A DNA stretch of 64,000 nt from Verrucomicrobiota bacterium (GTDB lineage Bacteria; Verrucomicrobiota; Verrucomicrobiia; Verrucomicrobiales; DEV007), in NCBI GenBank assembly GCA_045046875.1, contig JASFYY010000022.1, forward strand, positions 32,376 through 96,375, given 5' to 3'. Made by a program: the position numbers and the translations under genes. Of this stretch, positions 40,015 through 48,910 are shown in pieces. The notes under the pieces are model-generated. The model ran no database searches and was not told where the DNA came from. It was given only the letters and a program-made list of their open reading frames with translations. The stretch's first letter is position 1; the number at the start of each line of letters is the position of its first letter.

Positions 40015-41394
40015 TCAAGCGCGCGGCACCTCACCCTGCAAACTTTGCGCCACCGCCAACATCCTCTCCGCCTCTGCGCTACGGTCCAACTGACCGAGCA
40101 ACTGACTCGATAGCTGATACGCAGAAAAGTTCTTCGGCTGTTTTTGAATCACTCTCGCGCAATATTTTAGTGCTTTATCAAAATGACCTTTTTTTTGATT
40201 CACATACGCAAGACGCATCAAAACATCCGCCCGCTCCGGTGCTAATTGACTCGCGTTTTCCAAGCACGGCAAACCCAAATCAAAATACCCCGCCTGATTA
40301 AAAGCCCGCGCGATCTGAAGCCAAGCATCAATTCTAGACGAACCTTCCCCAGCCAACATCAGCGCCCGCTGAACAGAAAAACTGCTTTCCGCAGCATTCA
40401 TCGATTTTTGCACCGCGGCATCATACGCCGGATCCAATTCCCGATGAGCAAAAATAACCGCTAACCCCGTATGCACAAAAAAACGCTCACAGCGCCAATC
40501 CGCAAAACGTTCGATCAACCGGTAAGCCTGATCAAAATCCCGCTTAGCCAAAGCTTCAATAGCCCCTGCTAATATCCCCTTCAAGTCATCCGGCGGTTGC
40601 TGCCATATCTCTCCCTCTGCACTTTTCCCCGCCAAAGCGATGACATCCGTTTTCTCCCCCCGCAATTTTTCATAGCGGTGATCAAAACGCTCCCGTGTGA
40701 TCTGATAATGCGGAGCAATCCCCGCCCGAATGCTCTCATCAGACATTCGCTTGCGGTAAAGTTCATAACGGTCCCAAACATATTCCGGACTGAGATGTTT
40801 GTAATGCAGCAACATCAAACCCGGCACCCTGAAATACTGAACCCTCCCCAGCGGATGGCCCACATGACAACCCATCTCGAAATTAGTCTCTTCAATTGTT
40901 TCCGGATCAAACAACAAACATTTATCGTAAGTGTGCAAACGCCCCCCCTCACGCATCATTGATAAAAGCTCGTCCTCCGGTCGCGGCGTTTGATCCCCCA
41001 CCATTTCATAGCCTTTTGGCATCAAAATGCTCGCCCCACGGCGCTTCATCTCATTGAGTACCTCGGGCAAATCAGGGTGATACAAAAACTCATCGGCATC
41101 ACAAACGATCACAAAATCCGCAACACCACGACTCTCTTTCCACACCGAATTTTTAATCTGCAAATAGCGCTTATCACTAAGTTCACCATCTGTATTGTAA
41201 CTGCGAACCTCCCCGTTCGGAACCGCCTCCACCAAAGCCTGACTGCCATCATCAGACCCATTATCGAGCACCACTATTTTTTCAGCAAAAGCGTAGTGCT
41301 TCAAAAAATGCGGCAATATCACCGCCTCATTCCAACACAAGGCGTATACATGCACACGAAGTCCTGTATCTGTATTTTTCTCTTCACCTTCCAT
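40015..41394 (-). CDS. Family-2-like glycosyltransferase fused to C-terminal TPR repeats
   Basis: WNEA, VLDNGSDDGS, VCDADEF (DxD), LLHYK; TPR-like helices at the C-terminus. Confidence 0.85.
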   Translation of the reverse strand: MEGEEKNTDTGLRVHVYALCWNEAVILPHFLKHYAFAEKIVVLDNGSDDGSQALVEAVPNGEVRSYNTDGELSDKRYLQIKNSVWKESRGVADFVIVCDADEFLYHPDLPEVLNEMKRRGASILMPKGYEMVGDQTPRPEDELLSMMREGGRLHTYDKCLLFDPETIEETNFEMGCHVGHPLGRVQYFRVPGLMLLHYKHLSPEYVWDRYELYRKRMSDESIRAGIAPHYQITRERFDHRYEKLRGEKTDVIALAGKSAEGEIWQQPPDDLKGILAGAIEALAKRDFDQAYRLIERFADWRCERFFVHTGLAVIFAHRELDPAYDAAVQKSMNAAESSFSVQRALMLAGEGSSRIDAWLQIARAFNQAGYFDLGLPCLENASQLAPERADVLMRLAYVNQKKGHFDKALKYCARVIQKQPKNFSAYQLSSQLLGQLDRSAEAERMLAVAQSLQGEVPRA

Positions 41395-41455
41395 TTGCCT
41401 CTTTACAGTATTCAACGAAATTCATCCCTTGTCGACTCATAGCTAGATCAAGCCC

Positions 41456-42538
41456 ATGAAACACTTTTTCCTAACCGCTCTATTTTCATCCCTCTGCTGC
41501 CTGACCCTGCCCGCCCACGAACCCGATCAAGCTCACTCCGAAGCAAAAGACTATTCCCCACCCACTCAAGCCGTCACGATCGGCCAGGGCGACTTTCGCT
41601 ACCGACTCGTACCCGAATGGGCCACACAAAATGCCAAACAATACCCACTCGGTCATGGTCACGCCATGGCCACCAACAGCCAAGGACGAATCCTACTTCT
41701 CAATGCCAGCAAAAAACACTGCCTGATAGCCCTGAACCCTGCCGGTGAAGTCATCGATGCCTGGGGCACCTTCGCGCCGAGCGCCCACGGATTGATGGTC
41801 GTAAAAGAAAACGGCAGTGAAGTGCTGTTCATCTCCGACAACAGTCCTGATGGCAAAGTTTTCAAAACCACCCTCGACGGCGAGATCCTCATGACTCTCT
41901 CCTGCCCGATGGAATCCGGTTTATATAAAAGCTCAAAAGAATTCCGCCCCTCCAAAACCCTGCACCTTCCTAACGGTGATTTTTTTGTCATCGACGGTTA
42001 CGGCAAGGATTACGTTCACCGCTTCACCTCCAAGGGAAAATACCTGCGCTCCTTCGGCGGTGATCTTGGGGAAAACGAAGCCCGGCTTGAGCACTACGGC
42101 CCACACGGAGGCGGTCTGGATTTCTCCAATCCAAATCAAGCCACTCTCATTCTAGCCCTCAGTGATAAAAACAAACTGAAACGCTTCACCCTCGACGGCG
42201 CCTGGCTACAAACCATTTCCCTGCCCGGCAGCAACCCGCGCGACGTAATTTTTCACCGCAATCATCTGTTTGTCCCCCACCTTGGTGACAACTGGCCCAA
42301 GGATAAAAATGCCGCCGGTTATATTTCTGTGCTCAATAAAGATTTCAAAGTCGTCGCCAACCTGGGTGGTTCCCCTCCTGAATATGACCCACAACACCAG
42401 TTGAAGAAAATGCAGCACTCCAGTCACCTCTTCTACCACCCGCACGGTTTGTGTTTTGACCGGCAAGGCAATCTTTATGTCTCCCAATTCGCCTCCAACG
42501 CCACCTGGCCGCTCAAATTTGTCCGCATTAAGAACTGA
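41456..42538 (+). CDS. Secreted NHL-repeat six-bladed beta-propeller (peptidylglycine lyase-like)
   Basis: Signal peptide; AHGL, FVIDGYG, PHGG, HPHGLCFD.QGNLYVSQ. Confidence 0.8.
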   Translation: MKHFFLTALFSSLCCLTLPAHEPDQAHSEAKDYSPPTQAVTIGQGDFRYRLVPEWATQNAKQYPLGHGHAMATNSQGRILLLNASKKHCLIALNPAGEVIDAWGTFAPSAHGLMVVKENGSEVLFISDNSPDGKVFKTTLDGEILMTLSCPMESGLYKSSKEFRPSKTLHLPNGDFFVIDGYGKDYVHRFTSKGKYLRSFGGDLGENEARLEHYGPHGGGLDFSNPNQATLILALSDKNKLKRFTLDGAWLQTISLPGSNPRDVIFHRNHLFVPHLGDNWPKDKNAAGYISVLNKDFKVVANLGGSPPEYDPQHQLKKMQHSSHLFYHPHGLCFDRQGNLYVSQFASNATWPLKFVRIKN

Positions 42539-42617
42539 TCGCGCTACAAAGTAGTGACCGCAAAAATCAGTAGCTATTTGCGTCGGACGTCATTTGCGAT
42601 TAGCTCAAATCAAGACC

Positions 42618-43844
42618 ATGAGCGATACAGCCATCCCTACAGATCAATTACCCGATGCCCACGGGCATTTCGGCACTTTTGGCGGCATGTTTGTGCCAGA
42701 AACCCTGATGGAAGCCCTTAAGGAGCTGACCGCAGAATATGAACAGGCCAAAAAGGACCCACAATTCCAAGCCGAACTCAAACAACTGCTGCATGACTAC
42801 GTCGGCCGGGAAACTCCTCTCTACTTCGCCGAAGGCTTGACCAAAAAACTCGGCGGAGCAAAAATCTACCTCAAACGCGAGGATCTGCTGCACACCGGGG
42901 CACACAAAATCAACAACGCCCTCGGTCAGATCCTGCTCGCCAAACGACTTGGCAAAAAACGTATCATCGCTGAAACCGGAGCCGGCCAGCACGGTGTCGC
43001 CACCGCCACCGTCGCCGCGCGATTTGGAATGGAATGCGTGGTCTACATGGGGGCCGTCGATATGGAACGCCAGCACCTCAACGTGGTGCGTATGCGTCTG
43101 CTCGGAGCTGAAGTCCGGGCCGTGCATGCCGGACAAGCCACTCTCAAGGAAGCGGTCAACGAAGCGATGCGCGATTGGGTGACCCACGTGCGCTCGACCC
43201 ACTACATCCTAGGCAGTGCGCTCGGTTCACACCCCTACCCGATGATGGTTCGTGACTTCCACCGTGTGATCGGAATCGAAGCACGCAAACAAATCCTCGC
43301 TCACGAACAACGCCTGCCAGACTTACTTATCGCCTGTGTCGGGGGGGGCAGCAACGCCATGGGATTATTCCACCCTTTCCTCGATGACAGCGCCGTGGCC
43401 ATGATCGGTGTCGAAGCCGGAGGACACGGCATCAGCGAAGGTCAGCACGCCGCCAGATTTCAAGGCGGTAAACTGGGCGTCCTGCAAGGAACCAAAACCT
43501 GGTTGCTCGCCGATGATGACGGACAGATCCAACTAACCCACTCCGTCTCCGCCGGATTGGATTACGCCGCCGTCGGCCCCGAGCACGCCTACTTACAAGA
43601 TATCGGACGCGTACAATACACCTACGCGACCGATGACGAAGCTTTAGATGCTTTTCAGGTTCTTTGCAAAACCGAAGGCATCATTCCCGCACTAGAAAGC
43701 TCACACGCCATCGCTCAAACCTTGAAAAGTGCAGCTGAAATGAACTCAGAGCAAATCATCATCTGCAATCTCTCCGGACGGGGTGACAAGGATGTCGAAC
43801 AAGCCGCAAAATTTATTTTTGGTGACGAGGAACAGGCTCAGTAG
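42618..43844 (+). CDS. trpB: Tryptophan synthase beta subunit
   Basis: [50 protein letters not shown]. Confidence 0.98.
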   Translation: MSDTAIPTDQLPDAHGHFGTFGGMFVPETLMEALKELTAEYEQAKKDPQFQAELKQLLHDYVGRETPLYFAEGLTKKLGGAKIYLKREDLLHTGAHKINNALGQILLAKRLGKKRIIAETGAGQHGVATATVAARFGMECVVYMGAVDMERQHLNVVRMRLLGAEVRAVHAGQATLKEAVNEAMRDWVTHVRSTHYILGSALGSHPYPMMVRDFHRVIGIEARKQILAHEQRLPDLLIACVGGGSNAMGLFHPFLDDSAVAMIGVEAGGHGISEGQHAARFQGGKLGVLQGTKTWLLADDDGQIQLTHSVSAGLDYAAVGPEHAYLQDIGRVQYTYATDDEALDAFQVLCKTEGIIPALESSHAIAQTLKSAAEMNSEQIIICNLSGRGDKDVEQAAKFIFGDEEQAQ

Positions 43845-43915
43845 ATCAATCTCAACAGATTTTGCGCCCTGGTTTTGACTTGCTAAAATACTAACCTTAC
43901 CTACGGCCGATAGAC

Positions 43916-44692
43916 ATGATTCATCTCCCTACATTTCAAAAGCGACCTTTAACTGTGTGTTTTATTCTGGTGCTGATTTTCATATCAGTAAATACAGATA
44001 TCAACGCCACCACTTTAAGATTAACCAACATCGAAGGCTCGAAGAGCTCGATTACCTTAAAGGGATTTGATCAGGATTCGAAAGAATTACTGATCGAAAA
44101 AGACGGCAAGGACTTCGAATACGCTTTGGGCGACCTACAGTTTTCCAGTAAAATCGCCGTACTGAGATCTGCCGAGATGGAGGAAATCCTGAACCAAAAA
44201 TCCCAATTAAAGAGCAAAAACCTTATGCTTTATGGATTTGTGATTCTTGCTCTTCTAGCGCTGGCCTTCATCATCGGCTTCCCCACTTTCCGCGCCTCGG
44301 CTTATTTGATCACTGGCCAGGAAGACCGGGGGCTTCATTTTAAAGTATGGATGCAAATATTAACCCTCATCACTTTCATCACCGTCATCCGCATTCTGGC
44401 TGTTGGCGGCATCTCTTGGATCGACGTCATTGCCAATGGTTATCACCTGTTCCGTGCAGAAGACGGCCTAGCCCTGTTATTCGCCATCATCGGAACCATC
44501 GCCCTGGTCAAATATCAGTATAGCGAAACCCTACAACTCGCGGTCACCACCGTCGCGGTTCATTTTGTTGCTTTCAGCCTCGTCCTTGGCGGCATCGCGT
44601 GGTTGTTATGGAAATGGAACGGCGGAGATTGGACCACCGTAGGTGATGAAATACTCACTCTGCTGATCCTCAAACCCTTTGATCTAGTCTGA
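43916..44692 (+). CDS. Hypothetical membrane protein (small SHD1-like N-domain + TMs)
   Basis: Signal-like N-terminus, short beta domain, about four TM segments. Confidence 0.65.
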   Translation: MIHLPTFQKRPLTVCFILVLIFISVNTDINATTLRLTNIEGSKSSITLKGFDQDSKELLIEKDGKDFEYALGDLQFSSKIAVLRSAEMEEILNQKSQLKSKNLMLYGFVILALLALAFIIGFPTFRASAYLITGQEDRGLHFKVWMQILTLITFITVIRILAVGGISWIDVIANGYHLFRAEDGLALLFAIIGTIALVKYQYSETLQLAVTTVAVHFVAFSLVLGGIAWLLWKWNGGDWTTVGDEILTLLILKPFDLV

Positions 44693-44745
44693 TTTATCAA
44701 ATTTTTCCTTGATTGACCCCTCTCTGACGGTGAAATGGAAAGACT

Positions 44746-46161
44746 ATGAAAAAATCTCTCCTCTTAATCCCGCTGGTCTTGTTAGCACTTTGGGCCGGCA
44801 TCACCTGGATCATTGGTAGCCAGACCCAAAGCGGTTTTGCGACCACACTCAAAGAAATCAGTAGCAAGTTCGGGCCAGCCATAGGGATCTCCTCCATTGC
44901 CGAAGAATCCTACTCCCGTGGATTTCTATCCAGCATGGCGATCACTAAAATCGCCTACCAAGGTAAAAAACAAAAAGAGCAAAAAGACGTCTACCTCAAA
45001 TTCCAAGTCTGGCACGGCCCGCTGATGATGACCCCTGAAGGTCTCAAAATTGGAGCAGAATACGTTCTGGTCACTCTCGCCAAAGACCGCCTGCCAAAAG
45101 AAGCCCTTACCATCATTGATGAGGGATTCAAAAAAGCCGAACCCTTTGAGATTGGCTTACTCTACGGCTTCGACGGGAAAATCGCCGTCGATGCAGAAGT
45201 TGCCCCCTTTAACCGCAGTAAGGAAGGAGAACCCTCATTCAAATTTGAAGGCTTGACCAGCGAACTAAAAACCGATCATAACAAATCTTTTGCCCAAGGT
45301 TTCATTAAATTTGGTGCTCTGGATTTCCAAGACAAAAAGGCTGGAAGCAGCCTCTCCATCGCCGCTGCGCAGGCAGACGTGGATTTCACCAACATCATTA
45401 GCCAGCTCACTGGAGACGGCACCTCCAGCGTCAGCTTCCCTGAAATCAAGGCAGCCTTCAAAAGCGGTAACTACAGTCTCACAGACTTACATTTCGAAGG
45501 CAGTTCCAAACAAACAGACGGGAAACTCAATAGCGTTTCCCAAATTAGCATTGGCAATTTCACCGGACCAGACAAGGGCGCTTATGCTGAACTTTTTACT
45601 AAAATGAACGGCTCGCTGGACATCAAACTAGAAGCCAATGGCATGGACATCGAATCCATCAAAAAAATGAGCGAAGCTCAGAAATCACTGGCCGACACTG
45701 AATCCAAAGACAAGACCCCTGACATTGCATCAGCCAAAAAATCCAAGCGTGCATACCTCAACGCTGCGGTAACAATACTGCAACCTGGATACCAATTGAA
45801 AAATCACATAGCCCTCACCACCAAAGCCGGTAAGTCCGAATTTGACATAGGGCTCGAATACACCAGCGAAAAACCCCTGCTCGAGCTCGTCAGCTTCCGT
45901 GAGCTGCTGGAGGCCGTCGAAATCGCCCTCAACCTGCGCATCGCCAAGGAACTGCTTCCCGCTGAAGCCGCAACCAAAATCCAACCTGCTATTAGCATGG
46001 GTTTCATCACGGATGTTAACAATTTCTACAAAGGGGATGCCATCCTTGCCGGAGGAGAACTCACCGTCAACGGCAAAGCTCAACCCATCCTGAAGAACAT
46101 GGGCCCCATGCTCGACCTGCCCATTCCCTGGGAAAAATTCGGTATCAAAAAAGACAAGTAA
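44746..46161 (+). CDS. YdgA/DUF945 family protein
   Basis: N-terminal anchor with W..G; YSRGFLSS, VWHGP, LTVNGK C-terminal motif. Confidence 0.85.
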   Translation: MKKSLLLIPLVLLALWAGITWIIGSQTQSGFATTLKEISSKFGPAIGISSIAEESYSRGFLSSMAITKIAYQGKKQKEQKDVYLKFQVWHGPLMMTPEGLKIGAEYVLVTLAKDRLPKEALTIIDEGFKKAEPFEIGLLYGFDGKIAVDAEVAPFNRSKEGEPSFKFEGLTSELKTDHNKSFAQGFIKFGALDFQDKKAGSSLSIAAAQADVDFTNIISQLTGDGTSSVSFPEIKAAFKSGNYSLTDLHFEGSSKQTDGKLNSVSQISIGNFTGPDKGAYAELFTKMNGSLDIKLEANGMDIESIKKMSEAQKSLADTESKDKTPDIASAKKSKRAYLNAAVTILQPGYQLKNHIALTTKAGKSEFDIGLEYTSEKPLLELVSFRELLEAVEIALNLRIAKELLPAEAATKIQPAISMGFITDVNNFYKGDAILAGGELTVNGKAQPILKNMGPMLDLPIPWEKFGIKKDK

Positions 46162-46232
46162 CGCTTCCTATCTTTCAAATTGCCCCCCTCACCCCCCCCT
46201 TATATGCGGGGCGATCGGTGGTCACCGCAAGC

Positions 46233-47657
46233 TCAACTGTTAGCTCCGCTTTTGCGCAATTTAACATTCGCCATGACAAAACCGCTTTTGGGCAAGGCGG
46301 GTATTCTTGATAGAGAAAAGCTCAAATCCTGAGACGGCACATCATAACTAATACCATCCACCAGAAACCTAAGCGTTGCTTTCATGGCCTGAATAGTTAA
46401 TTGCTCCCCGGCGCACCTATGCCCCTTGAGATAATCTCCGCCACCATGAGGGATGAAATCAAACCTATCTCCTCCCCAGCTTTTGAATCGACTAGGATTG
46501 AACTGTTCAGGTTTATGCCATAATTTCGGATCATGATCAACACCATACGCACTTAACATTACCGTGCGCCCTTTGGGAAAACCATAACCCCGCCAGGTGA
46601 AATCCTTACGCACTTTTGCTAGAACAAATGGCGTGAAAGGGTAAAACCGTCTCACCTCCTGGACAAAAGCCTGGTAGTCCCCGTCACTAGCACCACGAAG
46701 TGACTTGCCATATTGCGGATAACGATGCAGCGCCAATGCCATGAAGGAAATGTATGTGGCAATCGCCGCAATCGGACGAACAATGTTCAACAACTCTACC
46801 GCCACGGTATCCGTATTGAGCAGCTGGCCATCCTGATCCTTATGCCAAGCCATGGTGTGTAATGCGGTGCCTTTCGGGGCGGTCATTTTGCTACCTCTTG
46901 CTTGATTGATTATGTCCACCATCCAAGCTTCTGAACGTTTCCGGGCAAACCTACCGCGATAATTTCTATAACCTAATGACCCTAGGCCATCGACCATCTT
47001 TCCCATATCTTTAGAGCGCTCCCTTGCTTCGGAATCTTTCAAAGGCACGCCTGCCCAAGTGCAGGCAGCTCTAAAGTAAATTTCCTGAGCCTCATCAAAC
47101 AAGGTGACTTTTTTCTCTTCTGCCCATAGCAAACCCGCCTTATTTTGCTCGTCATTCAGAATTTTAACGAACTTACCAAGCTTACCTGGTGACATCAAGG
47201 ACAAGAACATTGCCTTGCGGTTTCTATGCGCGGCATCATCCAAGGATTGAACCCCACCTTTACCGGTTAAGGATTTCTGCAGCCGTTCTGGAGCCGCATT
47301 CTTGCGCTCAAAAAGATCGTTGTTATAAAATAATTTTGCCGCATTGTGGCCACTAAGGCACATCACCTCTTTGGATAAAATCTTAGCCTGAAAAACTTCT
47401 GACTTTAAGGATTTACAGCGATTTGGAATAAACTGATAACCTTCTCGCAATAATGCCATGGTGCTATCGGGACTTCCCTTCTGATCCTTGCGCGGTATTT
47501 GCGTTGTCCCATCATTCCGGGCAAAGACCCGCCCTGCGGAAAGATAGGACACGCCGGCAAACGCGTAATAGCCAAAGGAACGGCGGGTTAAGAAAGGCGT
47601 CGTGACGCGATGCTCACGACTACCGTTATCAGGTGTGGCGTTATCAAACTCAATCAT
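46233..47657 (-). CDS. Cytochrome P450, CYP152 fatty-acid peroxygenase family, with Tat-like N-terminus
   Basis: LLREGY.FI, GGVQSLD..AH..RK, ELLNIVRP (I-helix Arg-Pro), QEVRRFYPF, GHRCAGE (heme Cys). Confidence 0.93.
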   Translation of the reverse strand: MIEFDNATPDNGSREHRVTTPFLTRRSFGYYAFAGVSYLSAGRVFARNDGTTQIPRKDQKGSPDSTMALLREGYQFIPNRCKSLKSEVFQAKILSKEVMCLSGHNAAKLFYNNDLFERKNAAPERLQKSLTGKGGVQSLDDAAHRNRKAMFLSLMSPGKLGKFVKILNDEQNKAGLLWAEEKKVTLFDEAQEIYFRAACTWAGVPLKDSEARERSKDMGKMVDGLGSLGYRNYRGRFARKRSEAWMVDIINQARGSKMTAPKGTALHTMAWHKDQDGQLLNTDTVAVELLNIVRPIAAIATYISFMALALHRYPQYGKSLRGASDGDYQAFVQEVRRFYPFTPFVLAKVRKDFTWRGYGFPKGRTVMLSAYGVDHDPKLWHKPEQFNPSRFKSWGGDRFDFIPHGGGDYLKGHRCAGEQLTIQAMKATLRFLVDGISYDVPSQDLSFSLSRIPALPKSGFVMANVKLRKSGANS

Positions 47658-47839
47658 GGACGAGATTAAAATCATCCGCACTTTGAGTCAATCTTTACGA
47701 CTGCTCGGAATCTGCCTTTTACTGACGGAAACTTGTTCCCCTTCCCGCCCTACCTGGAATATTATGATGTGATGACGCCTCCATCTCACTGCTTGTGACG
47801 TGAAATGAAAGCCCTAATGCTCTCTTCTTTTCAAAAACA

Positions 47840-48868
47840 TTATTTCCCCGGCACTTCAATCGGCAGCTTGATCATCCGGTCGGAGGACTGAGTGAACTCC
47901 CGTGCACTGAACACCCAGATCACCACTTTCTTTTTATCCCAAAAACCGGACTCGTTGCGAACCCGGGACAGCACCAGGCTCTTCCTCGCTTGCATGATGC
48001 CCGACCCCTTGTTGGACACCCGGTCGATAGCAAAACCCAGTTCATACTGCAGCTGATCCTGCAAGCCGGCTGCTTGGCAGTGCATATTCGACACGGTGAA
48101 CACCATCGTATGACTATCTCCCAATAACAGCACCGGACTGTTTTTATCAGCGGGAACCGGCTCAATCTTTCCTCCCACGTCCTTGCCTGCATAAGTCAGG
48201 GTCAAAACCTCTGCCTGAGGAGCCGGATTAAATCCACCAACCTGATCGCCAGTGATCGTCAGCTTTTCTTTGCCGCTACGCTTAAAAGGCACTTTTGTCT
48301 GCGCCTGATACCAACTCTCATTCTCCACTTCTTTTTTCACCAAAGCGGCGATGATCTCAGCGGTCAGTGGACTGAAGTGCGAATCCTGTTCGCAATAAAG
48401 TTTATCGCCCCCTTCGCCTCCGCTCTTTGCTCGCAGATCGTTCAGGACGGGTTCAATGTCCAATACCTTAATCCCTTTGGCCTGCAAGTTATCAATGTAG
48501 CCCTTCAAAGGCTGCGCAGCACCTGCGGAAAAGCTCTTCGCCAACTTATCGGGATAAATCGCTGCCTTGGCCGGAACCGGCACCATAATCAACTGCACCC
48601 CTTTAGCCTTGAGCAAATCATTGAACATCAACAAATGCTCAGTAGGATCTGTTTTATTGACCGCCACCTTTGTCCAGTCCTTCTCCCAGAACTTGCCTGC
48701 AGCCAAGTGATTCAATTCACGCTTCATGAAGAACCAGGCAGGATCCTCCCCTCGCACATTCGCCCCCTCAACTTTCGCCCGGCTTTCACACTCCTGCTCA
48801 AAATCCTGCGCCTGAACCTCCCAGTTGAAAGTGACTAACAAACTAACTATAATTAGAGCTATTTTCAT
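47840..48868 (-). CDS. AlgJ/AlgX-like SGNH polysaccharide O-acetyltransferase
   Basis: Signal peptide; VPVPAKAAIYPDKL, DSHFS (DxH), LLGDSH, VIWVFSAREF. Confidence 0.85.
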   Translation of the reverse strand: MKIALIIVSLLVTFNWEVQAQDFEQECESRAKVEGANVRGEDPAWFFMKRELNHLAAGKFWEKDWTKVAVNKTDPTEHLLMFNDLLKAKGVQLIMVPVPAKAAIYPDKLAKSFSAGAAQPLKGYIDNLQAKGIKVLDIEPVLNDLRAKSGGEGGDKLYCEQDSHFSPLTAEIIAALVKKEVENESWYQAQTKVPFKRSGKEKLTITGDQVGGFNPAPQAEVLTLTYAGKDVGGKIEPVPADKNSPVLLLGDSHTMVFTVSNMHCQAAGLQDQLQYELGFAIDRVSNKGSGIMQARKSLVLSRVRNESGFWDKKKVVIWVFSAREFTQSSDRMIKLPIEVPGK

Positions 48869-48910
48869 TTCAGTTGTTATTTTTTTAAAAGGTTAAGCGC
48901 AAATAAAAAA

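Noticed and set aside
42539..42617. trp attenuator or leader peptide upstream of trpB
   Set aside because: Only weak small hairpins; no Trp-codon leader and no U-tailed terminator.
42618..43844. trpB without adjacent trpA as a TrpB2-type enzyme
   Set aside because: Motifs and length are TrpB1-like; dispersed trp genes are unremarkable.
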